Shown in pieces: positions 25,109-35,610 of a DNA stretch of 40,473 nt. The stretch is from Dicyema japonicum. Taxonomy: Eukaryota > Animalia > Dicyemida. Made by a program: the position numbers and the translations under genes. The stretch lies in NCBI GenBank assembly GCA_011109175.1, contig RDEW01000024.1:803934-844406 (forward strand), written 5' to 3'. The notes under the pieces are model-generated. The model was not told the DNA's origin. It saw nothing but the letters and a program-made list of their open reading frames with translations, and did no database searches. How positions within the stretch are numbered: position 1 is the first letter of the stretch; every line of letters begins with the position of its first letter.

Positions 25109-26540
25109 GTGAAGATCATTCCTTGGTTCTACGATTAGTTAAAATTAACTGTTCTTTACTTAAATAAAGTGTGTGTCCTGCCTATGAGGAGCTAATACCA
25201 CGGCTCCGTGAAAAAAGGCTGTTATTATTATTATTAGTCCTTAGTTTGGCTGAATAGCATGGCTCCAATAAGTATTTGATAACGAAAGTCAAAAGAAAAG
25301 ACAGATTATCGGTAAGCATATGACAAACAATTAAATCAAAAGGGCTTGATTTGTCACTTCGCATTCGCTGGATTCATTGGAACTGCTGTAACCAGAGATC
25401 CATTTAAATTAAATAATTTTTATTAATAATTTAAAAGAAATATAAATTATTGTTTACAAGGAATGCAGAGGCACTATGTTCGACAAACATTCCTCCATAT
25501 TCAGGAATTTGATGGATTGTATAGTCAACGTATCCGTTCCTCCCCCAAGTTCCTATGGAAAAGGATTTTCATGGATTTATCTGCTCTAGATATGATGGAA
25601 AACTTGTTGATGTCCAGAGATTTAAATGCCAAGCACCCTTCGTGATAAGAGAAACAACCTCCAGACACAAGGGGATTTCATATAATCTTCCAATTAGAAA
25701 ATCTGTCCATTATGAACGACCCCCAACTAGGAATACACGAACCTCGTATAATAGCATGGATTCCGTTACATCACCAGATATTAAGTTATGTTATCCATGG
25801 CTTGCTCCGTTTATATGCTGGCCTGAAAACTATGACTTACAAAGCGACCATAATCTTATTCTGATCAGATCAATTGTATACCAATGACGTGGTCAAAACA
25901 CGTCAATTTTTATGACTAAACTATTGCTGACTGGACAAGATTCAGAAGATACGTGGACTCGGCCTTATTGAATTTCCATCAGAATAATGTCAACTCAATT
26001 GATAGAGGAGTCTGTCATTTTAATAAGGTGATTCTGGAAGGGAGAAAACTATTTGTCAGATAAGGAATCTTAAAGCTCACCAAGAAGAAATTTGATGCAA
26101 GCACAATCAAACTAATAAAAGAAAGGAATTATTGTTACTATGGGCAAGTAGGGAGATTATGTTCCATCTATTCTTAAGACCACAACAGAGTTAATAAATC
26201 TGCTTCTTTTTTAAGAATATTTATCTAACACTTTTCTATGTCTGGACAATACTCAACGGAATTACATTTTACGTGGCCATATGGTTTTTTGGAAGATATG
26301 ATAATTGATATAAGCATCGGACTAACCTATCTGACTCAGTTCATCTATCTTTCAACATATACCATAATTTGTCATAAATACTGTATATCTATGATTGAGT
26401 TATATCTATAATGGAGTTATCTAGTGCTTCGAAAAGTATATGGACAAATACCTATAGAAATAATGAGAACATAAATTCAATCACTCAAACTAAAGAAAAC
26501 TCTTGAGAGTGTAGTAATCGAGTAAAGGCATTGAATTAAG

Positions 26541-27463
26541 ATGTCTGATTATAAGTTCATCTCTCCTTCTAAACAACCTGAGGATCAACTAAGCGGTGCT
26601 TACGAGGACATCCCATTGAATGCCATAGAATATATATACCCGTACACGTGTGCTTCGCATTCTGATAAGCAATTATTAAAACTGGCAACATAATAATTTC
26701 AAAAATTATACGATTCCCAATAATGACTTCGTGGAATACGACTTCGATTATCCCTGTAATTGCTCTCATTTGAAATTTACAGATCCCTTTTATGCAGATA
26801 CCAAGAGAATTCATACAATTTCCTGAACTACAACTCTGTGGGCAATTTCGAATCCGATGAATTTTATTACTATCAAGATACCGACTATTTTTCCAGACAG
26901 GATAGTAATGGTTTATTCTGGAGTTGCCCTCATCAACCAAATGGATCACAAATCCATGCCAACAGTTATTTTGAAGTAGAAAATCCACAGTCAGACATTA
27001 GTCATTACTCCAATTTCTTTATGAGAGAGCGGCAGAAACTTGGCTATTCGCAATATGACATCGCATCGCTAATGGAGAAATATTAGTACCTCATTTGTCA
27101 ATCGACGGTTTGTCGTTTTGAATATGGGAAAATGCCTTTTTTAAAAATGGAGAACCTAAGACCTCATTATGTCAATATTTTCGATCAAATAATGAGAGAC
27201 AGCCTCTCTAAATCCAAGATCAGTTTGTTACCGTGTCAAGCTGTCAAGAAAAAAAGATGTTTTAAAGGAGATATCAAAAAGAAGTCGGAGTATATGTTTA
27301 ATAAGAACATCTATCCGTCCAAATTAGAGATTCAAATGTTGCAAAAACCTTTAATCTACCGGAGTATACTATAAGGATTTGGTTCTCTAGCAGAAGGCAG
27401 AAAAAATGTAAATTTGATAAAAAGAACTGTAAATTTAATTTTGTTAATTACTTCAATTTTTGA
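26541..27463 (+). pseudogene. Highly divergent POU-domain homeobox gene with an in-frame TAG and frameshifts
   Basis: POU-specific domain: SNFFMRERQKLGYSQYDIASLMEKY*YLICQSTVCRFEYGKMPFLKMENLRP (compare KQRRIKLGFTQADVG..SQTTICRFE..KLKP). Homeodomain: KKKRCFKGDIKKKSEYMFNKNIYPSKLEIQML/AKTFNLPEYTIRIWFSSRRQKKCK, with a frameshift near 27341. TAG at 27084-27086. The 5' start at 26541 is tentative. Confidence 0.85.
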
Positions 27464-27639
27464 CTCATAAATTAAAAATTTGACTTGTTTATGCAGACGA
27501 TACACGTTGAGCTCAATTTGATAGCATTTTGTGTTTCGAAAAAATAACCAGTTAGCTAAGTGATTAATTTGTCTGAAGGTTGAGATCGTAACGTTCTTGT
27601 AATGGTTCTTCTTCTAGTGAACATGAACAAGGCTATAGA

Positions 27640-28135
27640 CTCGGGAGACTTCTACGTGTGTGTCAAACAGAGATCCAATCACTTGTCACATCCAAGATTC
27701 TTTGACATCTTTTGAAAAAAATGTCGACCTTGTTTAACTTCAAGGTGACTGTCTTTCTTTTAATCTTTTGTCCGAGGTAAAAGGGACGTGGATATTTATT
27801 CTGAGACCTTCTGAATCTCTCGATCTTCGAAGCCAACACATTATCATCCGCATGGATGAGTAAAGCGTCATTATCAGATTCAAGTGTTGGGAGACCGTCC
27901 AGAATGAGGTTAATTAGAGTAAAGAATAAAAAAGATCCTTGAGGGACTCCGTTGGGGAGGAGACGCGAGATTGATTTCTGACCTCCGAGGCATACACGTC
28001 CCCTTAGGAAGTTAATGATCCAAAGCTTGAACTCCCCTGGGATCTCCGATTGAAACATTTTTTTCGATAGACTCTTCCTCGAGACTTAGTCAAAAGCTTT
28101 GTATATGTCAATCTAGCAGATCGCTGTTTTTAAGT
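27640..28135 (-). mobile_element. LINE RT fragment (degenerate)
   Basis: DIYKAFD*VS, WIINFLRGR, ISRLLPNGVPQGS, LLIHADDNVLAS. Confidence 0.85.
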
Positions 28136-28139
28136 CCCT

Positions 28140-28427
28140 AGGCGAACAATCTTCACGAGTGCGCTCAAGGGCCTGCTCTGCAGCCGTCAAGGCGGATTAG
28201 GCCAAACTCGAAAAATACGACGACCCTCCTGATAATATCTAATTTTTCCCCTTGATATGGAGACTTCCTGATCCTACTCCCCCTCTACATTAGAGTTTTT
28301 CAAACGATTTAGAAACCGGATCAACTCATATCCTGGAGATCTCCTCGAACGCAGCTAGCTGTTCGAGCGAATTTCGCTGGCAATTCTGAGAAGGAACAGC
28401 CACGCAGTGAAGGTGGCAGCTAACTAA
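28140..28427 (+). mobile_element. CRE-type REL endonuclease 3' fragment
   Basis: AAVKAD*AKLEKYDD..FPL/METS*SYSPSTLEFFKRF..LFERISLAILRRNSHAV. Confidence 0.8.
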
Positions 28428-28756
28428 TGTTTTGTTATTATCATTTTTAATTAAAAAAGTGTACATAATTAAAAAATAAACTGAATTTTATAATTGGCTG
28501 GCTCATCCAAAATTTCTGCCAGAAACCTTAGCCTTGTTTGGTTCTTCACTTAGTCTTAATTCAGTTTATTAAATACCTTAAAAATTAATTTAATATTAAT
28601 TTATTTTTAAAAATTGGTTTACATTGTGGTATACCATTTAATAATATTTTATTTATTAGCGTGTCGCTAAATTTAACTTAGTTTTTGAAAGCATGGCTAT
28701 TTTCTTTTTAACATGGAGTCCATAACTTTGTTTTTAAGAACATTACGTCCCTCGTC

Positions 28757-29149
28757 TTCAAAAAAATGGACTACATAACTTTGTTTAAGAACATTACTTC
28801 TTTCATCTTCAAAAACACCCAAATATCGATTTTACTCACTCCTTCCAGAGTTCACAAAATGACAACGATTTAACTTTAGAGACTGAATTTTCAAAGTTCA
28901 TCTCCAAGCCGGCAACATGAAAGAAATCGCGAACAACTTTCATCATTTTAATAATAGTATTTTAGCCCAGTGAAATTTAGCTGAATGTAATATCCCAAGT
29001 TGTTGGTTATAATGTCCGAGATTTGTCCCGGCAACTATCGGGTGAAGCTCTCTTCCAAAGCGATCTTTTTGACAATATATACAATTTTGTTTTTAAATAA
29101 AACAAAGTTATTTCTTTTTTTAAAGTAAATTGGTTTGCTATGCACGTGG
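28757..29149. repeat. Diverged duplicate of 22858-23240
   Basis: Same orientation and colinear with 22858-23240. Ends at the single N at 29150. Confidence 0.9.
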
Positions 29150-29469
29150 NACGACGTTGTCCCCTGGGAAATATTGTTGGATCCTCTTGATGCCGGCCAG
29201 GCATTGGGCGCTTCTTCAGTAAGGTGGATCCAGTGCGCCATCAGAAGGAAGGAAAATAATTTTGACAAACTCTCCACTTGGCACCACGGAAAATTTTCGT
29301 TCGAGAAAAATAATTTAAAAATACACATGTAAAGTATTTTAAATAAAATAATTGTTTAACCAAAAAATAAATTAAATAAATTATGGTGCCCCTAAGCGGG
29401 GTCATTAAATTTTAAATTCAAAAAATTAGTAGGAAATTCGTCATTAGAAAAATGCCCAAAATACGGGTG

Positions 29470-29511
29470 CCCCATAACCGAGGTGTGCCCTAAACCGGGG
29501 TCCGACTGTAA
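29470..29511 (-). mobile_element. pogo/Tigger-like MITE terminus
   Basis: TA-CAGTCGGACCCCGGTTTAGGGCAC resembles Tc1/pogo-type TIR starts (TACAGTCGAACC..). A similar end tacagcacaacctc lies near 4700. Confidence 0.5.
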
Positions 29512-29779
29512 TAATAAATTTGATAATCTAGGACACTTAAATCTGCGGCAAAGCTCCAAATCTGGGACTGTCTAGACTAATCCGGGCTAATGGTAGCCTA
29601 CTTATGAGGAACTTATTTTATAAGGTTTTACTACTAATAGAAGTCTTGCACAATGATTTTTACAACAAATAGAAGACTAACAAACTCTGCACCTCTTTTT
29701 ACTCTTCATGGAGACTTAATTCCCTCCAAACTCTATCGAGTTATAGGGTATCTTTAAGACCCCCTCATGTCATTCAATA

Positions 29780-30000
29780 AATAATTAGCACCGTCACATT
29801 TTCTTCTCTACAAAAACTAAACTTTGTAGAACACTTCCTGAATACTACAAAAATTGTTTCTACTCTACTCTAAACTCACTATAATACATACAACCGACAA
29901 TCAGTTTACTGTGCTGCATGGGGGACACTCCTGTTCAATACGAACCTGAAGAAGATTAATGTCTTGCAAACAACAGTCATAGGGACCGTATAAAGGTTTT
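29780..30000 (+). mobile_element. LINE thumb-domain fragment (degenerate)
   Basis: Frameshifted YIQPTI.YCAAWGD..NLKKINVLQTTVI. Confidence 0.55.
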
Positions 30001-30265
30001 TCTCTTCCCCGATAATTCCAACTCCTTTCGAAGAACTAGTGGGGAGAACGGGAGACCTATTGACAGCTCCGAAAATCCCAAAAATGTCTCGTATATACAG
30101 AAGTGCGTCGGTTCTCGGGACGAACGCCGAACCAAGATGAGACGACTGTTTAAGGAGGCCAGGATCACCTGACAGCTGAAGCTCTACGGAAAACTCTAAC
30201 TCAATGAGGATAAGTCGGTTTAGACGGCACAATGATCAGCTATACACAGTGGGAGTAACGAGAGT

Positions 30266-30655
30266 GTGGTCACTCCGTTACTTTGGGTCACAATCGATCA
30301 CGAAGACACATTCCTTAATGACATTAAAGTAAGAAAGAAAAGATCTTTCCAGGGCCTTTTATGTACCCGCGAATTACAAGTCTACAAGGAGACCTTCATG
30401 TTTATCTTCCAGGGGATTATTCTGCCTAGCTTACTATATGGGTGTGAGGGATGGTACTTCTCAACAAAGAAGGACAAAATATTTTCGTTTATGGAGTAAA
30501 AAGAAGAGCGGAAATTAATATGGCAGTGGGCATCGATGATTTGAGCGAGGAAGAGGGTAAACTACTAAACTCGATTCATAAGGTGGTGGAAGACAGGATC
30601 GATGGCTTTCGGATGAGAACCGAAATCCTGAACTCCTACTAATAATTAACTAGAA
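30266..30655 (+). mobile_element. RTE-like 3' fragment
   Basis: FQGIILPSLLYGCEGWYFS is an RTE-type thumb motif. Ends in a TAATAA-like tail. Confidence 0.65.
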
Positions 30656-31904
30656 GATGGAACTGTGTGGATTGCCTCCCTCCCCCAACCTTGATATAAC
30701 TGCATCAAGGCTCTGCTTCAGAAAAAGTTGAGACCTTAAAGATGAAAAAAGTACAAATTTTTCGATGGACAGTTCATTTTGAACGAGTCGCCGAGGAAAC
30801 GTCAGGAATTAAAGGAAGCAGGTCACTGACCATGCTTAACAGAATCGGCTCATCTCAAAGAGGAGAAATGATAGGATGAATAGAATTGCAGGTGATTCTT
30901 GTTTAAATAATACGAATAATGAATATAAAAATTAAAAAAAATGTTTTATAAATTTTATTGTAAAAAATAGTTTGGTCAACCATTTCATTTTCCAAATAAA
31001 ATGAGCTACATTCAATCAATAATTTTGATGGGATGTTGGTTTGCAGAAGATCACGATCTCCAAAATAATATGGAAAAAATTAATAATTTCAGATATTTAA
31101 TGAATAAAACTTCAGAAATGTATTTTTTATTAACAAATATTAATATTTTTAAAACCTCGCAGTTCTGGTAGCTCTGAACTGTGACATATTTTAACATCAA
31201 TTGAAAACTTTTTAAATTTCATATTTTTAATTTAATTTTCTCGACAACGCTCGCATCTCGTCGAAGCAAGCCTTCGTCGATACTGGATCCTCCACAAAAT
31301 CCAAATATTTCATCCTTTATCTGCTTTATGTACATTTTTTCTGTCTACAGCGACTCTGAGCAACTGATCTAGTCCAGAATAGTTCATAGCCAATGTTCTT
31401 AATGAGCCATTAGTGATGACTTTAAGCCAACAATTCGATATCAGGCTTGATTTGACTTAAATGAAGTCGAACATCACAAACTTTCAATTTATTTCGCTCA
31501 CTTTTTAATAAATAATTAAGTGAGCTGAATCCACTTTCAAGAAGATATGAAGTCTGAAAGTACAAGATTATCTGAGAGATCGAATTCCAAATTTTAATCT
31601 TCAAATTCTGCCAAAACTGAGAAATTGAGATTTTCTGAAAGTTAATTTCATAAAATGTGTTATTTTTTGAGATCTCTCTAATTCGGAATCAGAGTTTAAA
31701 ACTATGGATTTGAATGATCAATCTTCCATTAAAAATATTAAAAATTTAGATTTTATCAAAAAAGATTTTATTATTCTTTCAACATTTTTTATTATTGTTA
31801 CATGATTACTTTGTGACATCAAAGATACCTAAAAGTAGTCTTATTTCTACTAACCTCGTTAAGTTTCGAAAAAAGTCAAATCAAAAAAAAAATTTGCGAT
31901 GCAT

Positions 31905-32098
31905 TAAAATCGTTGAGGACCTAAAAGCCATAGGCAGGGAGTTGAAAACAATGGATGACCTCGATGAACTAAGAGATCTTGCGAAACGGAGAAACCTTTG
32001 GATGCGATTGGTGCAAAGGATGGCCGGCGCGGCACAAGGGAACCTTAATTGACTTTTGTTTTTTTATGAGTTCTCGGCAGTGCTGATAATAATAATTA
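31905..32098 (+). mobile_element. RTE 3' fragment with conserved 3' UTR and (TAA)n tail
   Basis: DLKAIGRELKTMDDLDELRDLAKRRNLWMRLVQRMAGAAQGNLN* followed by TTTTATGAGTTCTCGGCAGTGCTGATAATAATAA. Confidence 0.9.
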
Positions 32099-32178
32099 AA
32101 ATCGTTGCTATCATCTCCTAATTTCAGAAATTCAACAAATGTACATAAAAAGTGACAAATCTGTTCAATGCAATTCCA

Positions 32179-32346
32179 TTTGATAACGGGCGAACCTAAG
32201 TCAATTTCATTTTTAAGGGAATAATACGTATGCACGTTTTTTCCGCGTCAATTCAAAAAATCCCTTTGATAACGGGCGAACCTAAGTCAATTTCATTTTT
32301 ACGGGAATAATACGTATGCACGTTTTTTCCGCGTCAATTCAAAAAT
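32179..32346. repeat. Tandem duplication, unit ~86 bp
   Basis: tttgataacgggcgaacctaagtcaatttcatttt.. at 32179 and 32265. Confidence 0.9.
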
Positions 32347-32574
32347 TATTAAATACGCGGGCATATTTTCTGTTGAATTTTATTTATAATTTTTATGACA
32401 ATATTTTAAGTTTCATTAAGTACACTAGTTTTACTAATTCGGAAGATTTCCTCTAGTGAATTTGTCTTATAGACATTTCTACAGAGGGGGATATAACACT
32501 CTCCACTAAAAAGTTGTCAATTTTTTAAAAACCGCTTTAAGGAGAATGAAAAAGTAACGAAATTTACCAAAGTC

Positions 32575-35500
32575 ATCAAATATTATTTTATTATTTTATT
32601 TAAAGCACTCCCGAGAAGTCATAAAATTAATCAAGCCTCCCTTGTGCCGTATTTCTAGCCATCCTCTCTATCAGCCTTTTCCAGGACCCTCTACTTCGTG
32701 CCAGTTCCCTTAAGGTATCTAGGTCGTTTGCGGAAGTGAGCTTCAGTCCCACAGCGGACAGGTCTCCATTCAAAATAGTTGGGAGTGTGACTCTTGGTCT
32801 TCCACGGAAACCGGCTCCCGTATGCATTAGGTAGTTTTCCATGGCGATATTCGCGGGTACTTGAGCATTTAGACGTAAGATATGTCCAAAGAGACTCCAT
32901 CTTGATCTGAAGATCTCCTCGGATAGTATACCAGATTTGCACTTCGAGTAGAGGTCATTGTTTGAGATCTTCTTAGGCCACTTGATCTTGATTACTGAAT
33001 TCAATTGTGTCCTGTGGAAAGCGTCAAGACGGTCCATCTCTTGTTTAGAGATTCCCCAAGTGCCTGAATTGTAGGTCAGGACGGGGATGACAAAAGCCTT
33101 ATATATTCTGAGTTTGGTGTTTAATCCCATCCTTTTCTTATGACCCCACATATTCGATACTTTCTTTAGTGCACACATTGCGAGGATTTTCCTCCGAGAA
33201 ACATCTTCTGAGTCCCCGAGAAGCGAACCCACCTTCTTTTGCTTTCTCCAAGACTCGTCCGATCTTCGATCATTGCGTGTGAGTGTTGTGAACTCTGTTT
33301 TATCGGTGTTAACGGTTAAGAACCATTTCGAGAATACGTGTGGAAGAACGTTAAGCATCTGTTGAAGTACTTGAATATCCTCAGAAACAAAGTCCAGGTC
33401 GTCCGCGTAGATTATCTCGTTATAATTGTTGCCAACCAGGGGTCTGAACTCTCTTAGTGCGGCCTCAAGGTAGACAATAAAGAGGACCGGGGATAGTGAG
33501 TCCCCCTGTGGAACTCCACGTGAGGTCGAAAAAAAGTTAGAGGTAGAGTCACCAATTTTGACGGCAAGTTGAGTGTTCCGCATGAGTAAGTGTATTATTT
33601 TGACATCGTCAGGCAGTAGAAAACTCTCCAACACTTCCATAAGTTTTCCACGGTCCACCGAGTCGAACGCACGGGACATGTCGATACCAAGTATCTCAAT
33701 AGATTTTTTGTATTTTTGGCACAGGGCACAATACCACCTGTGCCCCCATACCACGTCAGCCGTGGACCTGCCCGTCCGGAATCCACTTTGGCCGTCCGAA
33801 AGAAATATGTTCACCCTCTCCTTTATTCGGTTTAAAGCAATGAGGGATAATGTTTTTCGTATGGAGGTTAGGAGTATAATAGGTCTGAAGTTGTGAGGGG
33901 GGCCTTTACTTTTTCCCGGTTTTTGTAGTGGAATTAGCCACCCTTTTCCCAGTTCCAGTTCATCTGCACCCTCGAGAGACCGGTTGAAAATGTTAGTAAT
34001 CATTTCAATTAGCTCCTCCGGGCCGTATTGTAAAAGTTCTGCAGTAATGAAGTCTGGTCCGGCAGATCTTCCGGTATTTAATTTTTTAATAGCTTGTTGA
34101 GTTTCGGATATGGTAATAGGGCTAGTTAGAGTGTACTTGTAAGACTTCCGAGATTTCATTGCTTGGTCAGCCGCGTCCTGTTTGTTGAACATAAGGTCAA
34201 AATGGGATGCCAGAACGTTTGCTTTGTTAATGGTCCCGATAACGTCGTGACCAAGGTTGTCATGGACAGTTAACGAAATTGGACAGTTTTCTCTGCTAAG
34301 AAGCCGGATTGCTTTGAACATTCTTGGTCCGTTCTTGTACTTTAATATGTCTGAGATTTTCTCCTCAGCTTCATTTTTGGCAAGGAATCTTTGTATTTGT
34401 TTGATCTTCGTTAAGACTCTCCCTCTCTGGGTGCGCAGTACTTTGATAACTTCCGGAGCGTTTGTGTTTTCCATCCGGAGTCTGAGCTCTTTCTGTGTTA
34501 CAGAGAGTTGTCCGATATCCGGATTACATTGTTTGTGACGAGATTTGGTGATGTGACCAAGCACACTAAAGGCTGTGTTTTGGATAGCAACCACTATTTC
34601 ATCCCATAAGCTGTTTGTCGGCTGATTTTGGTTAATACTGTTGATGCTATCTCTCAGAACTGCACTATAACGACATTTGGTGGATTCTTCGTAGCGTAAC
34701 CTCTCAGTGTCGAAACGTACTGAGGTAAGGCCTTTGTGTTTCCCGTGTATTCCATGGATTCTTTTAAGTACTAGCCGGGCGACCACAAGTTTATGATCGC
34801 TACTTGTTTCAAGTCCACCGTAAGATCTCGAGTCCTGTAGGAGGGCCTTCTGATGTTGCTTGCAGATAATATAGTCGATCTGATTGTATATATTGACTGT
34901 GTTTCCAGATTTGCCTTTTCTGGTACCAACCCACGTGGTCCTGTGTCTTGCCGGGTGCTTGAAACAAGTGTTGCATATGAGTAGGTTGAATGCCGTGCAA
35001 AATTGTATTAATGCCTCTCCGGGGATGTTACGGCGGTTTCTACCGTGGGATCCAATACACGTTTCACCAGGTCTTGCTTTTCCGGCCCTGGCGTTCCAGT
35101 CCCCGGCGATAAAAAGAAAGTAAGAGGATGAAAGTGAGTTGTACACACTTGTGAGAGTAGAGTAAAACGTATCCAGTTCTTCGATATTCGTTGATACACG
35201 TGCTCCGGTTGGGGCATATACATTTATGATGGAGATCACTGAGTTGAGTTTGTTTCCGCATTTGATTTGTAACACCGCGACACGGTCAGATACTGCCCAT
35301 ACTCTTGAGACACAGTGAAATAAGTGCCGATGAACAGCAAATCCGAGCCCATAGTGCCTGCAGTCTGGTGTGAGGGTCAAAAGGTAAAAATTCTGAAACA
35401 GTTCTGCAGATTGTTCGGTTATTTTCGTCTCTTGCAAACAACAGACAGAGATGTTATATTTACTCAGATCACGCGCCAATTGTTGTTTCTTCCAGCACTG

Positions 35501-35610
35501 ATTGAGGCCTCGGCAGTTGAGGGATCCAAGAGTGAGGGGAGAAACTGGTAAGCAATACGAAGAAGACATAGTGCAAGTAGAGGGACGTCACCACCTCAAC
35601 CAAAAAAATT
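32575..35610 (-). mobile_element. Full-length RTE-like LINE with ~40 nt 5' leader, short 3' UTR and AATAA/TAA-rich tail
   Basis: The 5' end is defined by the sequence shared with the copy at 12624-12660. The 3' UTR TTTTATGACTTCTCGGGAGTGCTT is followed by AAATAAAATAATAAAATAAT and is shared with other copies. No clear TSD seen. Confidence 0.9.
32627..35569 (-). CDS. RTE-clade non-LTR retrotransposon polyprotein (APE endonuclease + reverse transcriptase), intact 980 aa
   Basis: APE motifs GSLNCRG, CCLQETK, NVYAP, AGDWNA, NQIDYII, SDHKLV. RT motifs RPIILL, QSGFRTGRST, DMSRAFDSV, GVPQGDSLSP, YADD. C-terminal GRPR. Single ORF with no stops. Confidence 0.97.
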   Translation of the reverse strand: MSSSYCLPVSPLTLGSLNCRGLNQCWKKQQLARDLSKYNISVCCLQETKITEQSAELFQNFYLLTLTPDCRHYGLGFAVHRHLFHCVSRVWAVSDRVAVLQIKCGNKLNSVISIINVYAPTGARVSTNIEELDTFYSTLTSVYNSLSSSYFLFIAGDWNARAGKARPGETCIGSHGRNRRNIPGEALIQFCTAFNLLICNTCFKHPARHRTTWVGTRKGKSGNTVNIYNQIDYIICKQHQKALLQDSRSYGGLETSSDHKLVVARLVLKRIHGIHGKHKGLTSVRFDTERLRYEESTKCRYSAVLRDSINSINQNQPTNSLWDEIVVAIQNTAFSVLGHITKSRHKQCNPDIGQLSVTQKELRLRMENTNAPEVIKVLRTQRGRVLTKIKQIQRFLAKNEAEEKISDILKYKNGPRMFKAIRLLSRENCPISLTVHDNLGHDVIGTINKANVLASHFDLMFNKQDAADQAMKSRKSYKYTLTSPITISETQQAIKKLNTGRSAGPDFITAELLQYGPEELIEMITNIFNRSLEGADELELGKGWLIPLQKPGKSKGPPHNFRPIILLTSIRKTLSLIALNRIKERVNIFLSDGQSGFRTGRSTADVVWGHRWYCALCQKYKKSIEILGIDMSRAFDSVDRGKLMEVLESFLLPDDVKIIHLLMRNTQLAVKIGDSTSNFFSTSRGVPQGDSLSPVLFIVYLEAALREFRPLVGNNYNEIIYADDLDFVSEDIQVLQQMLNVLPHVFSKWFLTVNTDKTEFTTLTRNDRRSDESWRKQKKVGSLLGDSEDVSRRKILAMCALKKVSNMWGHKKRMGLNTKLRIYKAFVIPVLTYNSGTWGISKQEMDRLDAFHRTQLNSVIKIKWPKKISNNDLYSKCKSGILSEEIFRSRWSLFGHILRLNAQVPANIAMENYLMHTGAGFRGRPRVTLPTILNGDLSAVGLKLTSANDLDTLRELARSRGSWKRLIERMARNTAQGRLD

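Noticed and set aside
32691-35551. Short overlapping or antisense ORFs inside the RTE
   Set aside because: Shadow ORFs of a GC-richer coding region, with no recognisable motifs.
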